A stretch of DNA of 63,477 nucleotides from a virus (Duplodnaviria; Caudoviricetes). The stretch is from positions 1 through 63,477 of IMG/VR virus record IMGVR_UViG_3300009528_000014. One strand, written 5' to 3'. The notes beneath the pieces were generated by a model, which searched no databases, was not told the origin of the DNA, and saw only the letters and a list, made by a program, of their open reading frames with translations. This document shows, piece by piece, positions 37,914 to 48,129 of the stretch (position 1 is its first letter; the number at the start of each line of letters is the position of its first letter). A program made the translations under genes and the position numbers.

Positions 37914-39832
37914 TAGTCATTTCCTTCATAATTAATTGTAAAGTATGTCATTGAACTACCTTGAACAACATATTGGTCTGTACCTGCTAAATGATGACCA
38001 ATAACCCAAACCTTATCGTCCGCCGACAAAGAAATTAAATCTGTGACCATAGCACAAATAGGTGCAGCTTTCCCAGTCTGTACACATTTATAAGTTACAG
38101 GTGTCCCATTGACGACTAATCCAACATCATAAGTTGTATCCTTTACGCCAGGGACAAAATTTATTTTTGCTCTCACAGAATAAATCCCTGTTTTCGGAGC
38201 ATAGTAAATTGAACTGGATGTGTGGTGTAGAAAATTAGAACCTTTATCAAAAGTTTCCGTTTCAAAAGTTATGATTGTCGTGGTAGTGCTTTCTATGACT
38301 TGGCTGCTTCCTGATTTGTATGCTCTTGCTGCGTAGGTATTTTTTGAATCCACATGACCATCTGAATCAGAATCATAATCAGTAGTTTTAACGATTGTCC
38401 GTTCTGTTCCGCCACTCTGTGAAGTTTCCTTAAATTTAAGTGTATCCCCAACACCATACAAAAGCAAAGAATTGGAAGTAGCTGAGGGAACAGTTCCCGT
38501 TGACAAATGAAGTTGCCCAGCAACTGAAGTCGTGCTTATTATACATAAACCCCCATCTATGCCAATGCAATCAGAAGTATTCTGATATATTTTCATAGTA
38601 CCCACATAAACTGAACCACTTGAAGTATGGATATCGTGAAGATATAAATCTCCTTCTGCTGTCATTGTGGCTTTTCCTACCCCAAACCATTTAAATACTA
38701 AACTTCCTGTTCCAGTATCTATATTAAAATTAGTCTTATCGTGATGAAAACTTCCCCATTCATTTGTAAGAGAATCCCAGTCTGTTGCAGAGAAAAAATA
38801 AATTCTGGGATTAATTGAAGCGGGTAGACCGTGAGTCTTTGCCCTGTTATCTTTTGTTGTAAATATTATATTCCCTGAATGGTCTGAGCTATTAACATCT
38901 GTAAAAAACACCAATGAATGATTCGTATTATAAATATCCCATCTCCAACCAGAATCCTCGTCATTACCGACAAAGTTAGATATAGTGTCTGGGTAATTCA
39001 CTCTTTCATAAAAATAAACTCTGCCATCGTGGTATGTGGGACCATCAATTTCTTGTTTTCCACATATCATTAAGTCGTTGGGGCTTGCCAAACCATGATT
39101 TGAAGTGCAAGTACTCCCTATTCTCAAATAAGAACCGATGCCTCTGAAGTAAGGGATGTTGGGAGATGTAAGAGAAACACCTATTTCTATCCCATCGTCT
39201 GATTCGCCATCTGGGTATATTTCAATCGATTGTGAACTTGTTACTGTATCAACATCGACTTCGGGGACTGTTAGCTTTCCTGTCATTGTGTCGCCTGCTT
39301 TTTCAACCAATGACCCAGTGGACTGTTGTAAATTATAGATATCAGTATCATTACTTTCAATATTGGTTTTATTAGTTCCTGTCGCCTGACCTATATTATA
39401 ATCAACTGTGACTAATGCTCCCGTCGACTGCCCAATGTTATATACGTCTGTTACCAGACTTCCTGTTGCTTGTCCAATATTGTAATCGGAGGTAACTAAT
39501 TCGCCTGTCGATTGCTGAAGGTTATAAATATCCGTATCGTTAGAATCGACTCGTCCTTTTAGCGTTCCAGTCGCAGATGCTACGTCTGCTTTAATAGCAA
39601 ATGTGGTTGTCGATATTGATGCGATAGAATCAAAATTACTGAACTTCTCCTTTGTTAAATATCCGTCCTGCGTAGCCGTTGCGGATGGCATGCTCACTGT
39701 GAATGTCTGAGCATTAATTACTATCGGTGCATCGGCTGACATCGTCCTTCCGAATCCGCCTCCGAAACCGCTTTGTGAATATACATTCATCGGAAGCATT
39801 ATCAAGAAAAGTAATATTATTATTTTTTTCAT
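37913..39832 (-). CDS. Head-fibre-like protein: signal peptide, 14-aa coiled-coil repeats, C1q-like C-terminal domain (likely start 39832)
   Basis: MKKIIILLFLIMLPMNVYSQ; repeats DYNIGQATG and DIYNLQQSTG; ITFETETFDKGSNF...YAPKTGIY. Confidence 0.65.
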   Translation of the reverse strand: MKKIIILLFLIMLPMNVYSQSGFGGGFGRTMSADAPIVINAQTFTVSMPSATATQDGYLTKEKFSNFDSIASISTTTFAIKADVASATGTLKGRVDSNDTDIYNLQQSTGELVTSDYNIGQATGSLVTDVYNIGQSTGALVTVDYNIGQATGTNKTNIESNDTDIYNLQQSTGSLVEKAGDTMTGKLTVPEVDVDTVTSSQSIEIYPDGESDDGIEIGVSLTSPNIPYFRGIGSYLRIGSTCTSNHGLASPNDLMICGKQEIDGPTYHDGRVYFYERVNYPDTISNFVGNDEDSGWRWDIYNTNHSLVFFTDVNSSDHSGNIIFTTKDNRAKTHGLPASINPRIYFFSATDWDSLTNEWGSFHHDKTNFNIDTGTGSLVFKWFGVGKATMTAEGDLYLHDIHTSSGSVYVGTMKIYQNTSDCIGIDGGLCIISTTSVAGQLHLSTGTVPSATSNSLLLYGVGDTLKFKETSQSGGTERTIVKTTDYDSDSDGHVDSKNTYAARAYKSGSSQVIESTTTTIITFETETFDKGSNFLHHTSSSIYYAPKTGIYSVRAKINFVPGVKDTTYDVGLVVNGTPVTYKCVQTGKAAPICAMVTDLISLSADDKVWVIGHHLAGTDQYVVQGSSMTYFTINYEGND

Positions 39833-39861
39833 CCCATGTTCTCCTTTTCCTTTATTATATA

Positions 39862-40500
39862 TTACCATGCCCAGAGTTTATACGCTTCACCACCAACTGC
39901 CCCTTTTAACCATATAACAGGCGATCTTAATCCTGCAAATGAGGTCCATTCCCCTGCCTCCAAATCCCCCTTATTGGTTGTACCATCAAAAGAGAAATTA
40001 ATCTGTGTGGCAGCCTTATTTACAATCCTGAAATTGTTTGCATCGATATTAAGATCTATCATCTGAAAAGCTGTCGTTAATACTAAATCTGCCTGTGTTC
40101 TATAAATAAGATTTTTTGAGCCTACGGTAATGTATTTTTTACCAATCATGCGATACCTCCTTTATTTCCTTAGCGTTTTGATTTGAAAGGTGAACGACGG
40201 GTTTGTCCCGGCAATGACATAGCTTAGCCGAACATATTTGCCGAACTCTGTTATCGACTCGGGGTAGTTCCCAGCTTTTATTATCTGCCTCAGGTCAGTA
40301 TGGTCGTGCCATGTGGAGTTATCGTAGGATACCTGTACCGTAATATCAAGGGTCGGATTCACACCAGAGACTGCCGTAACATTCACCAGGACAAGGCACT
40401 CCGAGGCATCCCCGAAATCATAACTGTTTGTCTGACCGCTTGAGGACCTTGCCGCTAAAGTTATAATCGGCTGTGGAATTGTTAATTTTGGATTGTACAT
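39862..40500 (-). CDS. Two small beta-rich head-decoration-like proteins (39862-40149, 40162-40500)
   Basis: Directly downstream of the capsid gene; NVTAVSG..PTLDITVQVS.D pattern. Confidence 0.5.
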
Positions 40501-40614
40501 TTCTTATTCCTCCTCGTTCGTTTTATCTTTCAACCCCATATGGTCTGCGTTACAGTCCATGCGGGGTTGGGCGGTGTCACCACCGCCACAACCCTTATTT
40601 CTTTAGTCCCTAAA

Positions 40615-42969
40615 TTAGGAACCTGCTACTGTGTTTCTGTAGAAACCCCTGAAGTCCAGTAGAACTACCAGCCAGATATGCCTTATCTTGTAGATTATCT
40701 GGTCGTTCGTAAACATCGAACCTACATTCGGCATATCCTGCACAAACAACTCCGGCTCCTCTTTGCCCTGATAGAAACCCACACCAAACATCGGTACCTT
40801 TTTGGGGTCAGCACCAACCATCCAGTTGTTGGTATCTGTCCAGTTCGGTATCACTATCGTCTCAAGACCATAGGTTGAGTGAATGTTAGGCGTTGTTGCG
40901 GTTTCGAGCGCGGAAACCGCCACAGCGGAATGGGTCAGCTTGTAGGCAGGATCTTCCAACTCATTAGGCACCATGATGTATTTTGGCTTATTTGCCATTC
41001 CGAGAGTTCTTGCAGTATTCCCATAAGCTGTTTGACTCATCATCGCTGTCTTCGCGGCAGTTAAACCAGCATCAGACAAAGCGACTGCCCCGAGGTTGCT
41101 GTGGTTGATATGGAACAAAACCACCCCATCGTAAGTCGTAGCAACATTAGCAGTTAATGTTCCAAACACCGCATCGTAGAGGGTCTGTGCAGCCGAAAGA
41201 CCGAGCGCCGGTGGGATTTTCTTGATTAGCCTAACATCGTCGTTTGCTAATGTTTCAAGAGTTATACTTTCAGTCCCACCTCTCTTTGCCAAAGCCGCCG
41301 TATTCTCATCGTCACCCGGTGAGGTCAGTGGATCATAAGGGCCTGACTGTGCAACCACCGGTAGATTGGTGTATCCGCCGAACAGGGTGAATCGCTGAGT
41401 CCTGAAATCGTTGATCGGCAGAATTTCGGAAACAATTTTCCTCCAGTCGTTAAGCTCGGGTGTCTTGTAGTCCATTATCATCCTTCTGGTAACGGAGTCG
41501 CCCAGTATCTGTGCGAAAGTCGTTGTGGTTATTGCTTCCGCTAATCTACCGTTCGATTTCTTGGTATAACCAAAACACGCTGCAAGCATATCGCTGGCGT
41601 CACAAACAGGATCGCCTGTAATTACCCTATATGCTTCCTTGAAGGTCTTGAACCGGGGTACCGTTGGCTTTCCCTCACTGGGAGCACGGTCCCAACCATC
41701 GAAAAAGCCATCCATGGCCAGTTGATGATTGTCCCTCTCCTCCTGTCCAAGTTCAATCGTAGCACCGGGAAGCACCATCTTGCTTTCAGTGAGTTTCCCC
41801 ATGATGTCGTCCTGTTCCTTGATAGCCTTGTCAATATCCTCAACCTTGAAGATTCTATCGACGAACCTTTTCCTGATGGACTCCTTCATGGGTTCGGGAA
41901 GTTTGGACTCTAAGAGCTTCTCCTTAAGGATTACACCGCAGTTTCTCTCCTGAGTTTCCTCCTCAATTTTCTTGATGTTGTCCAGTGACGCTTTAGACTC
42001 CTTAACTCTTGCTTCAGCTTCCTTGGTTTCCTTCTCCTTCTTTTCCCTTTCTTTCTTTTCCCTCGCTTCTTTCTGCTCTTTCGTTTCATCCCCAGCTCCG
42101 TACTTTTCACCATAGCCCTTTATTTTCTTCAGGAGCTTTATGGCGTCAGCTTTCTTGTCGCCTTCGACAAAAGCGATGATTTTATCAATCATCTGGCTGA
42201 GTGCCTCCTGGGCTTTCTCACCGAAAGTTTCCTTAAAAACCTCTTCCTTAAAGTCCTCAATGGAAGCCTCGAGTACCGAGTACTCCTGGTCTTCCGTGAG
42301 TTTAGCGGGGTCAAGCCCCTCAACTATATCGGGAGAGGTTTTCTTCAACATCTCTACCAATCTTTTAAATAGATCCTTCATTTCCGTTCCTCCTTGATAG
42401 CTCGCTACGAGCCTTTGAAATTTCCCGCCTGCTGCGGGAGTCGTGACAACTGTTATCTCGTCAATCACTCCAATCTTATCAACTTTTATACGACCATCGG
42501 CAAGTTGATGCTCCACACCGCCGCCGTCTAAGGAAAGACCAAGAAGATTTTTCTTGCCATGCTCCCACGCATCCCTGAGCATTTTTCTCAACCACTTTGC
42601 CGACTCAAGAATATGGAGCTTCCCAAGTACTCCCTCCTTCATCTTTCCACTGCCGTCTTTAAACTCTCCGTACCTGACGTCCGTGAAGAACCCGACGAGG
42701 TTCTTCGTAAAACTTTTCTTAAAGGAATCCCTGACCGCATCCGGCAGATGGTTATAAAACCTGCTACCGAACTCGTAAGCAAAGCACTTGGCACTCTCAA
42801 AGAGACCTAACGCATCTTTCAGAACGTCCTCGGAATAGTCCTTCTTGTTCAGGCTCTCGCCCTTCTCAACAATGACCACATCCCAGTCTTTGCCTTCCTT
42901 ATCCAGCGATTCCTTCAACGTGCATTTGACAATATCATCTCGATATTGCCGTTTATTCAAAATTTTCAT
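40615..42969 (-). CDS. Prohead protease-scaffold-major capsid fusion (Mu gpT-like)
   Basis: N-terminal NH...VG...GLS...VTTPAAGG; charged scaffold; TTTFAQILGD...DFR...ETLANDD...LFHINHSNL. Confidence 0.88.
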   Translation of the reverse strand: MKILNKRQYRDDIVKCTLKESLDKEGKDWDVVIVEKGESLNKKDYSEDVLKDALGLFESAKCFAYEFGSRFYNHLPDAVRDSFKKSFTKNLVGFFTDVRYGEFKDGSGKMKEGVLGKLHILESAKWLRKMLRDAWEHGKKNLLGLSLDGGGVEHQLADGRIKVDKIGVIDEITVVTTPAAGGKFQRLVASYQGGTEMKDLFKRLVEMLKKTSPDIVEGLDPAKLTEDQEYSVLEASIEDFKEEVFKETFGEKAQEALSQMIDKIIAFVEGDKKADAIKLLKKIKGYGEKYGAGDETKEQKEAREKKEREKKEKETKEAEARVKESKASLDNIKKIEEETQERNCGVILKEKLLESKLPEPMKESIRKRFVDRIFKVEDIDKAIKEQDDIMGKLTESKMVLPGATIELGQEERDNHQLAMDGFFDGWDRAPSEGKPTVPRFKTFKEAYRVITGDPVCDASDMLAACFGYTKKSNGRLAEAITTTTFAQILGDSVTRRMIMDYKTPELNDWRKIVSEILPINDFRTQRFTLFGGYTNLPVVAQSGPYDPLTSPGDDENTAALAKRGGTESITLETLANDDVRLIKKIPPALGLSAAQTLYDAVFGTLTANVATTYDGVVLFHINHSNLGAVALSDAGLTAAKTAMMSQTAYGNTARTLGMANKPKYIMVPNELEDPAYKLTHSAVAVSALETATTPNIHSTYGLETIVIPNWTDTNNWMVGADPKKVPMFGVGFYQGKEEPELFVQDMPNVGSMFTNDQIIYKIRHIWLVVLLDFRGFYRNTVAGS

Positions 42970-42971
42970 AG

Positions 42972-45900
42972 TTAGCTCCCCTTCGTCTTGGGCAGTACGC
43001 CTTTCTTAAATACCGCTATCTCAGCACCCGGGCTTACTCGTTTCATTATCCAATATCCCTTTAACTCCTTACCCTCGAACTTAAACGATGCGAACTCTTC
43101 TGTGTCCTCAATCCAGTTGACTGTTCCTGAGTCTATTATCTCCATGAATGCCGGCAGAACCTTATTCGGGTTGCCCTGCTCCTCCCCACGTTCTTGGATG
43201 TCCCTGTAAATGTTGTTCCGGGGGTCGAGCCATACCCGATCGCCTGTCTTAAATAACTTCGCAAGGGTCGGCTTTGTTTCGAGCTTTTCACCCTTGTCAT
43301 CCTCTACTATAAAGTTATCGTCTACTTTTGAAATTATTTTTACTTTTTTATATGTCCAGTCAACGGATTCGCCCTTCTTCGGGGCGATTGAACCTTCCCA
43401 TGTCATCCACTCTTTGAACGACTTTCCCGACGGTGTGGGGCAGTCGCATTTTTTCCTTGTGGCTGTAGTTACCTCAACTACCAAAGGATTTTTTTCTATA
43501 TTCCATTCATCGATAAAATCTTTGCCTGTATCAATTAATAAGTCATAGTGCTCAACAGGCACGCCTCTCACTACAATGGGTCCCCGCCACCAGTGTCTGC
43601 GTAATAAATATCTTCCCACCGCTTCCTTTAATTTCCTTGCTTTTATTTCTTCCCTATCTACAAGGTCGTTAAATGCCTCATCCATCATCTTTATTTTTTC
43701 ACCCCTGCTTAGTTTCTTTTCCCACCACCTCAATTCAGGCTTGACTTTCTTTTCCCATTCCGGGGGAAGCCCAGACTCCCCATCGGGCGGGGCGTAATCC
43801 TTCTTCTGTCTCCCCCGTTTTGATAATAGATAGGGCTGCTGATCCTCGAGGTTTGTCCAGCACTGCCATATCATTTTCTCTTTTGGTATCTTCTCCCATT
43901 CCTTGCCCACGGGGATAAGGCGCTCAACCATTCGTCCCTTGAAGTGCTTCATGTCAAGGAAGAACTCTTTGAAAAATGGCTTCATCACTCCCGGATACGC
44001 CATGCCATCATCCATTGTGATAAATACCCCAGGCTCAAATTTCGTCGCCCCGACTGATTCAGGCTCAAGGACGACCTCGCGGACATTCAACCATTCCAAC
44101 GGTTGTTTCTCCTTTTGAACCATGACTACCTTTTTATTCGGGTCCATGTCGGGAGTGAACTTTCCTTTCTCCAATAAAACCTTATTCCATTTCCTGCCCT
44201 TTTCAAGAGTATCTACTTCCTCGGTTATCTGATCTTTGTGGGCGTTCATTAAAGTCTCACCCTCTAAAAATCCATTCTGCTTTCTTCTGAAGTCAGCATG
44301 AACAGAGCGCCCGCGAAAATGATTGAGCATAACTGCATAGTTCTTGGGATAATCCTTCGGGTTCTTCTTAAACAGTTCCTTCAGTTCCACAGGAATCTCA
44401 ATGGGCGGGGGTGGCACATTACGAGCGACCTTCAACAGGAACAGAGTCTCTTCCGGGCTGAGTCCTTGCGATTCTGTCATTGACACGAACTCCTCGGTAG
44501 ACATAAAGTCTATATCTTCGTATCTTACAACCGACTCATAAATTATCCCCCCATCTTCCATCACGTGTTTTATCTGAAGAACTCGTTCCTTCCGTGCCTT
44601 CTCCACAACATCCTCGACTTTATCGGGCTGAGTCGGAACTTTCATCTCAACGTTCTCGAGAGGTATGAATCTCGGAGCCCATGCCGATACGGAATAAGTA
44701 TCAGTCTTTTTATCATGGATATAGTTGAACGTCTCGAACTCTATCGCTATGATGTCACCTCTCTCTTTCTTCTTGTCCGTGCTAAAGCTCTTTCCGGTTT
44801 CGAGCCAGTTCTTACCTTTGACCTCTGTGAGGTCTCCGGGCTTGACTGGAAGCCTTCCCGGGTCCAGTCCGTAACGGTAATTGAACGTGGTTGGAACTTT
44901 GGTCGGGATTCTCTCAAGGACTATCCCGAACAGGACGGCGTTGTTATGAAACTTAATCCACGCATCCCGGGCGTTACCGTCAAGGTAATATCTGTCCTCG
45001 CTCTTTTTTAAAACGTTGCCTTCCGAAGCGACAAGCTTTCTGACTTTTTCTGTATGCTCCCGCAGTTCTTTTTTATTAGTTGATGTGAGATTAGGAACGA
45101 GGTTAAGCCTGAATTTCATATTCGGCTTTTCCCATGTCGATTGTTTTATTCCTAATTCTTTTAAAGTCTTCTGTCTTACAAGTTCATCCTCTTTGTGCAG
45201 TGCCTTACCCTCGTAGTAAAGGCAGGTGAATAGATTGGAAATCATCTGGCTATCATCTGGCGGGGTCTTTGCGTGCACATACCCTGCTGAAGCTTCTCTC
45301 GGCTGATGCCTACCTTGAATCCAACGCTCGAGTTCCGCTCCAGCTATAAATGATTTTTTTACCTCCTTTATTTCTTCAACCGTTTTTGGTAATCTTTCAG
45401 TTATGATTTCACCATCTTCGGAGAATATCATAACCTTGCCTTTTCCATCCGAATGAATTTCTATCGCCATACCGTCATATTTTTTTGAATTAAAAACGGG
45501 GTAATCATCTTCATCGATAAGATTCAAAAAACTATCTATGGTCATTCTCTGGTTCGGCTTCGCACCCTTGGTCGGCTTCTGCATAAGGAAGAATCTGAAC
45601 AGTTTAATATCATCCTCATCCGCCGACTGCTTCGCCTGTTTCCTGAGCTCGGGCCCGGCTGCCCTTGGGACCTGCTCCTCAATACTCTGATAAAATCTTT
45701 TCTTAAATCCTTCGTCATCGACTTCGTGAACAGATGTCTCCTTCTTCGGGACAAGGACGAGGTCGTATAATCCCATCCACCGCCAATTCGGGCCCGTGGC
45801 TTCTGCGATAAGATGTGCCGGTTCGCCATATATATCCTGCGATATTCTTTCAAGCTTCATCACGAGGGAGGTCGGAAGTTCCTTTGACCTCACAACCCAG

Positions 45901-47903
45901 TCGGCATCCTCGGGCTTACGTTTTTCCGCGAACATCTTCGAGCCGGTCTGTGTCACAAAGTTCTCAATCCACAGGACCGGTCCGACTTCCTGAATCTTCT
46001 TCATTATCTTCTGGGCCCGCCTGTCAATCTTCTCGCTTTCGGTCAGATCGGACTTCACTATTTTATCAAGCTCATTGACTTTAAAGTTTATGCTCCTCTT
46101 TGTAAGTTCCGAAATCATCAGGGCATCCGCATTTATTACAAGCTCATCGTTCTTTCTACTGCCCCTGCCAACCCATAGATCAAATAACTTATCGTGCATT
46201 TTGATTAACTGTTCCTCGCTTGCTTTCATGTATATCTGGGGAGTCCATTCGTCGGGCTTGAAGTCTATTTGTTCATAAAGATGGACTTTCCTTAACAGGA
46301 AATTTGATATTAGTAATTCTTTCCTTGATACATCAATCCATGGATGTTCTCCGATTTTGTTACCTGCCTTTATGGTCATAAAATTGAAACCTGAAAATTC
46401 TGATTTTATTTTCTCATTATCTGGTAATGATAGAATAAATAATCCCGAATATTTTTTCAGTGCTGATGATAATTCCGATATGTCAATCTGTTTATCTTCA
46501 AAATTAGATGAGTCGGGATAGGGCGGATCGAGATAGGCAAAAGATTCTTTCGAATCATATTTGCTTAGAATATCTTTATAATCTTTTGAGTATATCTCTG
46601 CACTTCTTAATCTCTCTTTTAGTTTTGGTAAGTTTTCAATTCCCTTCCATTCTTGATTTATTCTTAATGGATTGGCTTTATCACCACGACTGGAAAATGA
46701 ACCCCAACGAGTAAAAATAAATTTATGAAATTTTTCTTCCATTGTCTGGGGATTGCTTGCTTTAACTTTTTCAAAAGAATCTTTTGTTAATTTCCAATCC
46801 ATATTTTTTAATGCCTCCACGTCGGATTGGTTTGAATTTTTTATAAACTTATATGCAGAAATTATCCCCGAATCAATATCATTTATAACTTCAATTTTAC
46901 TCGGTTTCTTTGAGAAGAAAACAGCTCCCCCGCCCACAAAGGGCTCGACGTAAATTTTATGTTCGGGAATAAAAGACACAATTTGTTTAGATAAAAATTT
47001 TTCCCCTCCCGGTGACCCGAACGCAGGACGGATACCTTCTTTGAAGTTTCCCTCGTCCGCATTCCAGATATTCGGGTTTGTGTTATCCTTAAAATTCTTG
47101 CTCGCTTCGCTCTCCTTTATTTCTTTAACGGAATTGACCTCGCCCTTCCCGTCCCCCTCAAAAGCCCATGTCTTAAAACAGTCCTCGCAGAAAAACGCGT
47201 GAGCCATGCCCTCAGCCCATAAGACCTCATACACCGGGGGCTTTGAACATTCCATGCACTGGTCTCTTCTATGCCTCGCCTCGGCTATACGTTTCAGTTT
47301 GGTATCAAAGAAAATCTGGACATCCTTTGGGACACTCACGGGTACTGGTTCCTTGAAGCCGATGAAATCTTTTATTGGGTAAAAGAAAAACGACTCCTTA
47401 TTCTTCCACCAGCTTATTCGTTCCTGCTCGCTTATTTGGTGTTTATTTAAAAGTTTCTCAAATTCATCAAGTCCGATTTCCTTCGGCGAGTTAAGTCTTA
47501 TAAACCCGTAAGCCTTCTTGCCGGAAGTCAGTAAGTAGAAGTTCCCCGTTATGAATTTCTTTAGCTTAATAATCCCTTTCTTCGTGCCCTCGGCAACCAG
47601 TTGACCGTGGGGCAGTGTAAGGTAAAGTCCTTTATCTACTATTCGTCTGAAGCCCTCAAGGTAAAGCTCTCTTGGAGTTTCCTTCCACTTGTTTGAATGG
47701 AATTTTATCTTTCCGCGCCTTATCATTTCGGACAGGTTCTTAACCAGAGCGTCAAGGATTTGTTTTTTAGTATGCACGAACTCGCCCTTCTCTTTGAGCG
47801 TAGTCCACCAAGCTCCCAAAATCCTCCAGTCGTCGGCTAACTGCATATCCGTTGACTTCGTGGGGTCAAAGGTTTTAATGTCTTTTATTTCTTTTAATCT
47901 CAT
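42972..47903 (-). CDS. Polyvalent protein: ASCH-like, Zn finger, N6-adenine DNA MTase, NTase-like, ATP-dependent DNA ligase, two LigD-like phosphoesterases
   Basis: EPFVGGGAV and LDPPY (46518-46529); GS..DAD; KYDG (45471-45482), EGNVLK, WIKF; HFRGRSVHADFR; HWWRG..EHYDLLI..DSGT..FEGKELKGYW. Confidence 0.8.
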   Translation of the reverse strand: MRLKEIKDIKTFDPTKSTDMQLADDWRILGAWWTTLKEKGEFVHTKKQILDALVKNLSEMIRRGKIKFHSNKWKETPRELYLEGFRRIVDKGLYLTLPHGQLVAEGTKKGIIKLKKFITGNFYLLTSGKKAYGFIRLNSPKEIGLDEFEKLLNKHQISEQERISWWKNKESFFFYPIKDFIGFKEPVPVSVPKDVQIFFDTKLKRIAEARHRRDQCMECSKPPVYEVLWAEGMAHAFFCEDCFKTWAFEGDGKGEVNSVKEIKESEASKNFKDNTNPNIWNADEGNFKEGIRPAFGSPGGEKFLSKQIVSFIPEHKIYVEPFVGGGAVFFSKKPSKIEVINDIDSGIISAYKFIKNSNQSDVEALKNMDWKLTKDSFEKVKASNPQTMEEKFHKFIFTRWGSFSSRGDKANPLRINQEWKGIENLPKLKERLRSAEIYSKDYKDILSKYDSKESFAYLDPPYPDSSNFEDKQIDISELSSALKKYSGLFILSLPDNEKIKSEFSGFNFMTIKAGNKIGEHPWIDVSRKELLISNFLLRKVHLYEQIDFKPDEWTPQIYMKASEEQLIKMHDKLFDLWVGRGSRKNDELVINADALMISELTKRSINFKVNELDKIVKSDLTESEKIDRRAQKIMKKIQEVGPVLWIENFVTQTGSKMFAEKRKPEDADWVVRSKELPTSLVMKLERISQDIYGEPAHLIAEATGPNWRWMGLYDLVLVPKKETSVHEVDDEGFKKRFYQSIEEQVPRAAGPELRKQAKQSADEDDIKLFRFFLMQKPTKGAKPNQRMTIDSFLNLIDEDDYPVFNSKKYDGMAIEIHSDGKGKVMIFSEDGEIITERLPKTVEEIKEVKKSFIAGAELERWIQGRHQPREASAGYVHAKTPPDDSQMISNLFTCLYYEGKALHKEDELVRQKTLKELGIKQSTWEKPNMKFRLNLVPNLTSTNKKELREHTEKVRKLVASEGNVLKKSEDRYYLDGNARDAWIKFHNNAVLFGIVLERIPTKVPTTFNYRYGLDPGRLPVKPGDLTEVKGKNWLETGKSFSTDKKKERGDIIAIEFETFNYIHDKKTDTYSVSAWAPRFIPLENVEMKVPTQPDKVEDVVEKARKERVLQIKHVMEDGGIIYESVVRYEDIDFMSTEEFVSMTESQGLSPEETLFLLKVARNVPPPPIEIPVELKELFKKNPKDYPKNYAVMLNHFRGRSVHADFRRKQNGFLEGETLMNAHKDQITEEVDTLEKGRKWNKVLLEKGKFTPDMDPNKKVVMVQKEKQPLEWLNVREVVLEPESVGATKFEPGVFITMDDGMAYPGVMKPFFKEFFLDMKHFKGRMVERLIPVGKEWEKIPKEKMIWQCWTNLEDQQPYLLSKRGRQKKDYAPPDGESGLPPEWEKKVKPELRWWEKKLSRGEKIKMMDEAFNDLVDREEIKARKLKEAVGRYLLRRHWWRGPIVVRGVPVEHYDLLIDTGKDFIDEWNIEKNPLVVEVTTATRKKCDCPTPSGKSFKEWMTWEGSIAPKKGESVDWTYKKVKIISKVDDNFIVEDDKGEKLETKPTLAKLFKTGDRVWLDPRNNIYRDIQERGEEQGNPNKVLPAFMEIIDSGTVNWIEDTEEFASFKFEGKELKGYWIMKRVSPGAEIAVFKKGVLPKTKGS

Positions 47904-48129
47904 CTTCTCTCATACCTCAACTTTTTTGCAAGTGGTGGTCTCAAACTTAAAACAATTATATTATCGTCAATATATTTGACCTTCTCTACATACTTCCGCT
48001 TGATCTTATGGAAGTCGCAGGCTTCCTGTATTATGTCCTTACCCATCCGGGGAATGGCTTCGTCAATCCTTTCCGTCCCCTGATCAAATAACGGCTTGAT
48101 TCTTTTTAGGTCTGCCCTCGGTTTTATTC

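Noticed and set aside
39320-39545. Periodic DNA repeats that might suggest a CRISPR array or a DGR TR/VR pair
   Set aside because: They are in-frame, degenerate 14-aa coiled-coil repeats of a fibre protein. There are no spacers, cas genes or reverse transcriptase in the window.
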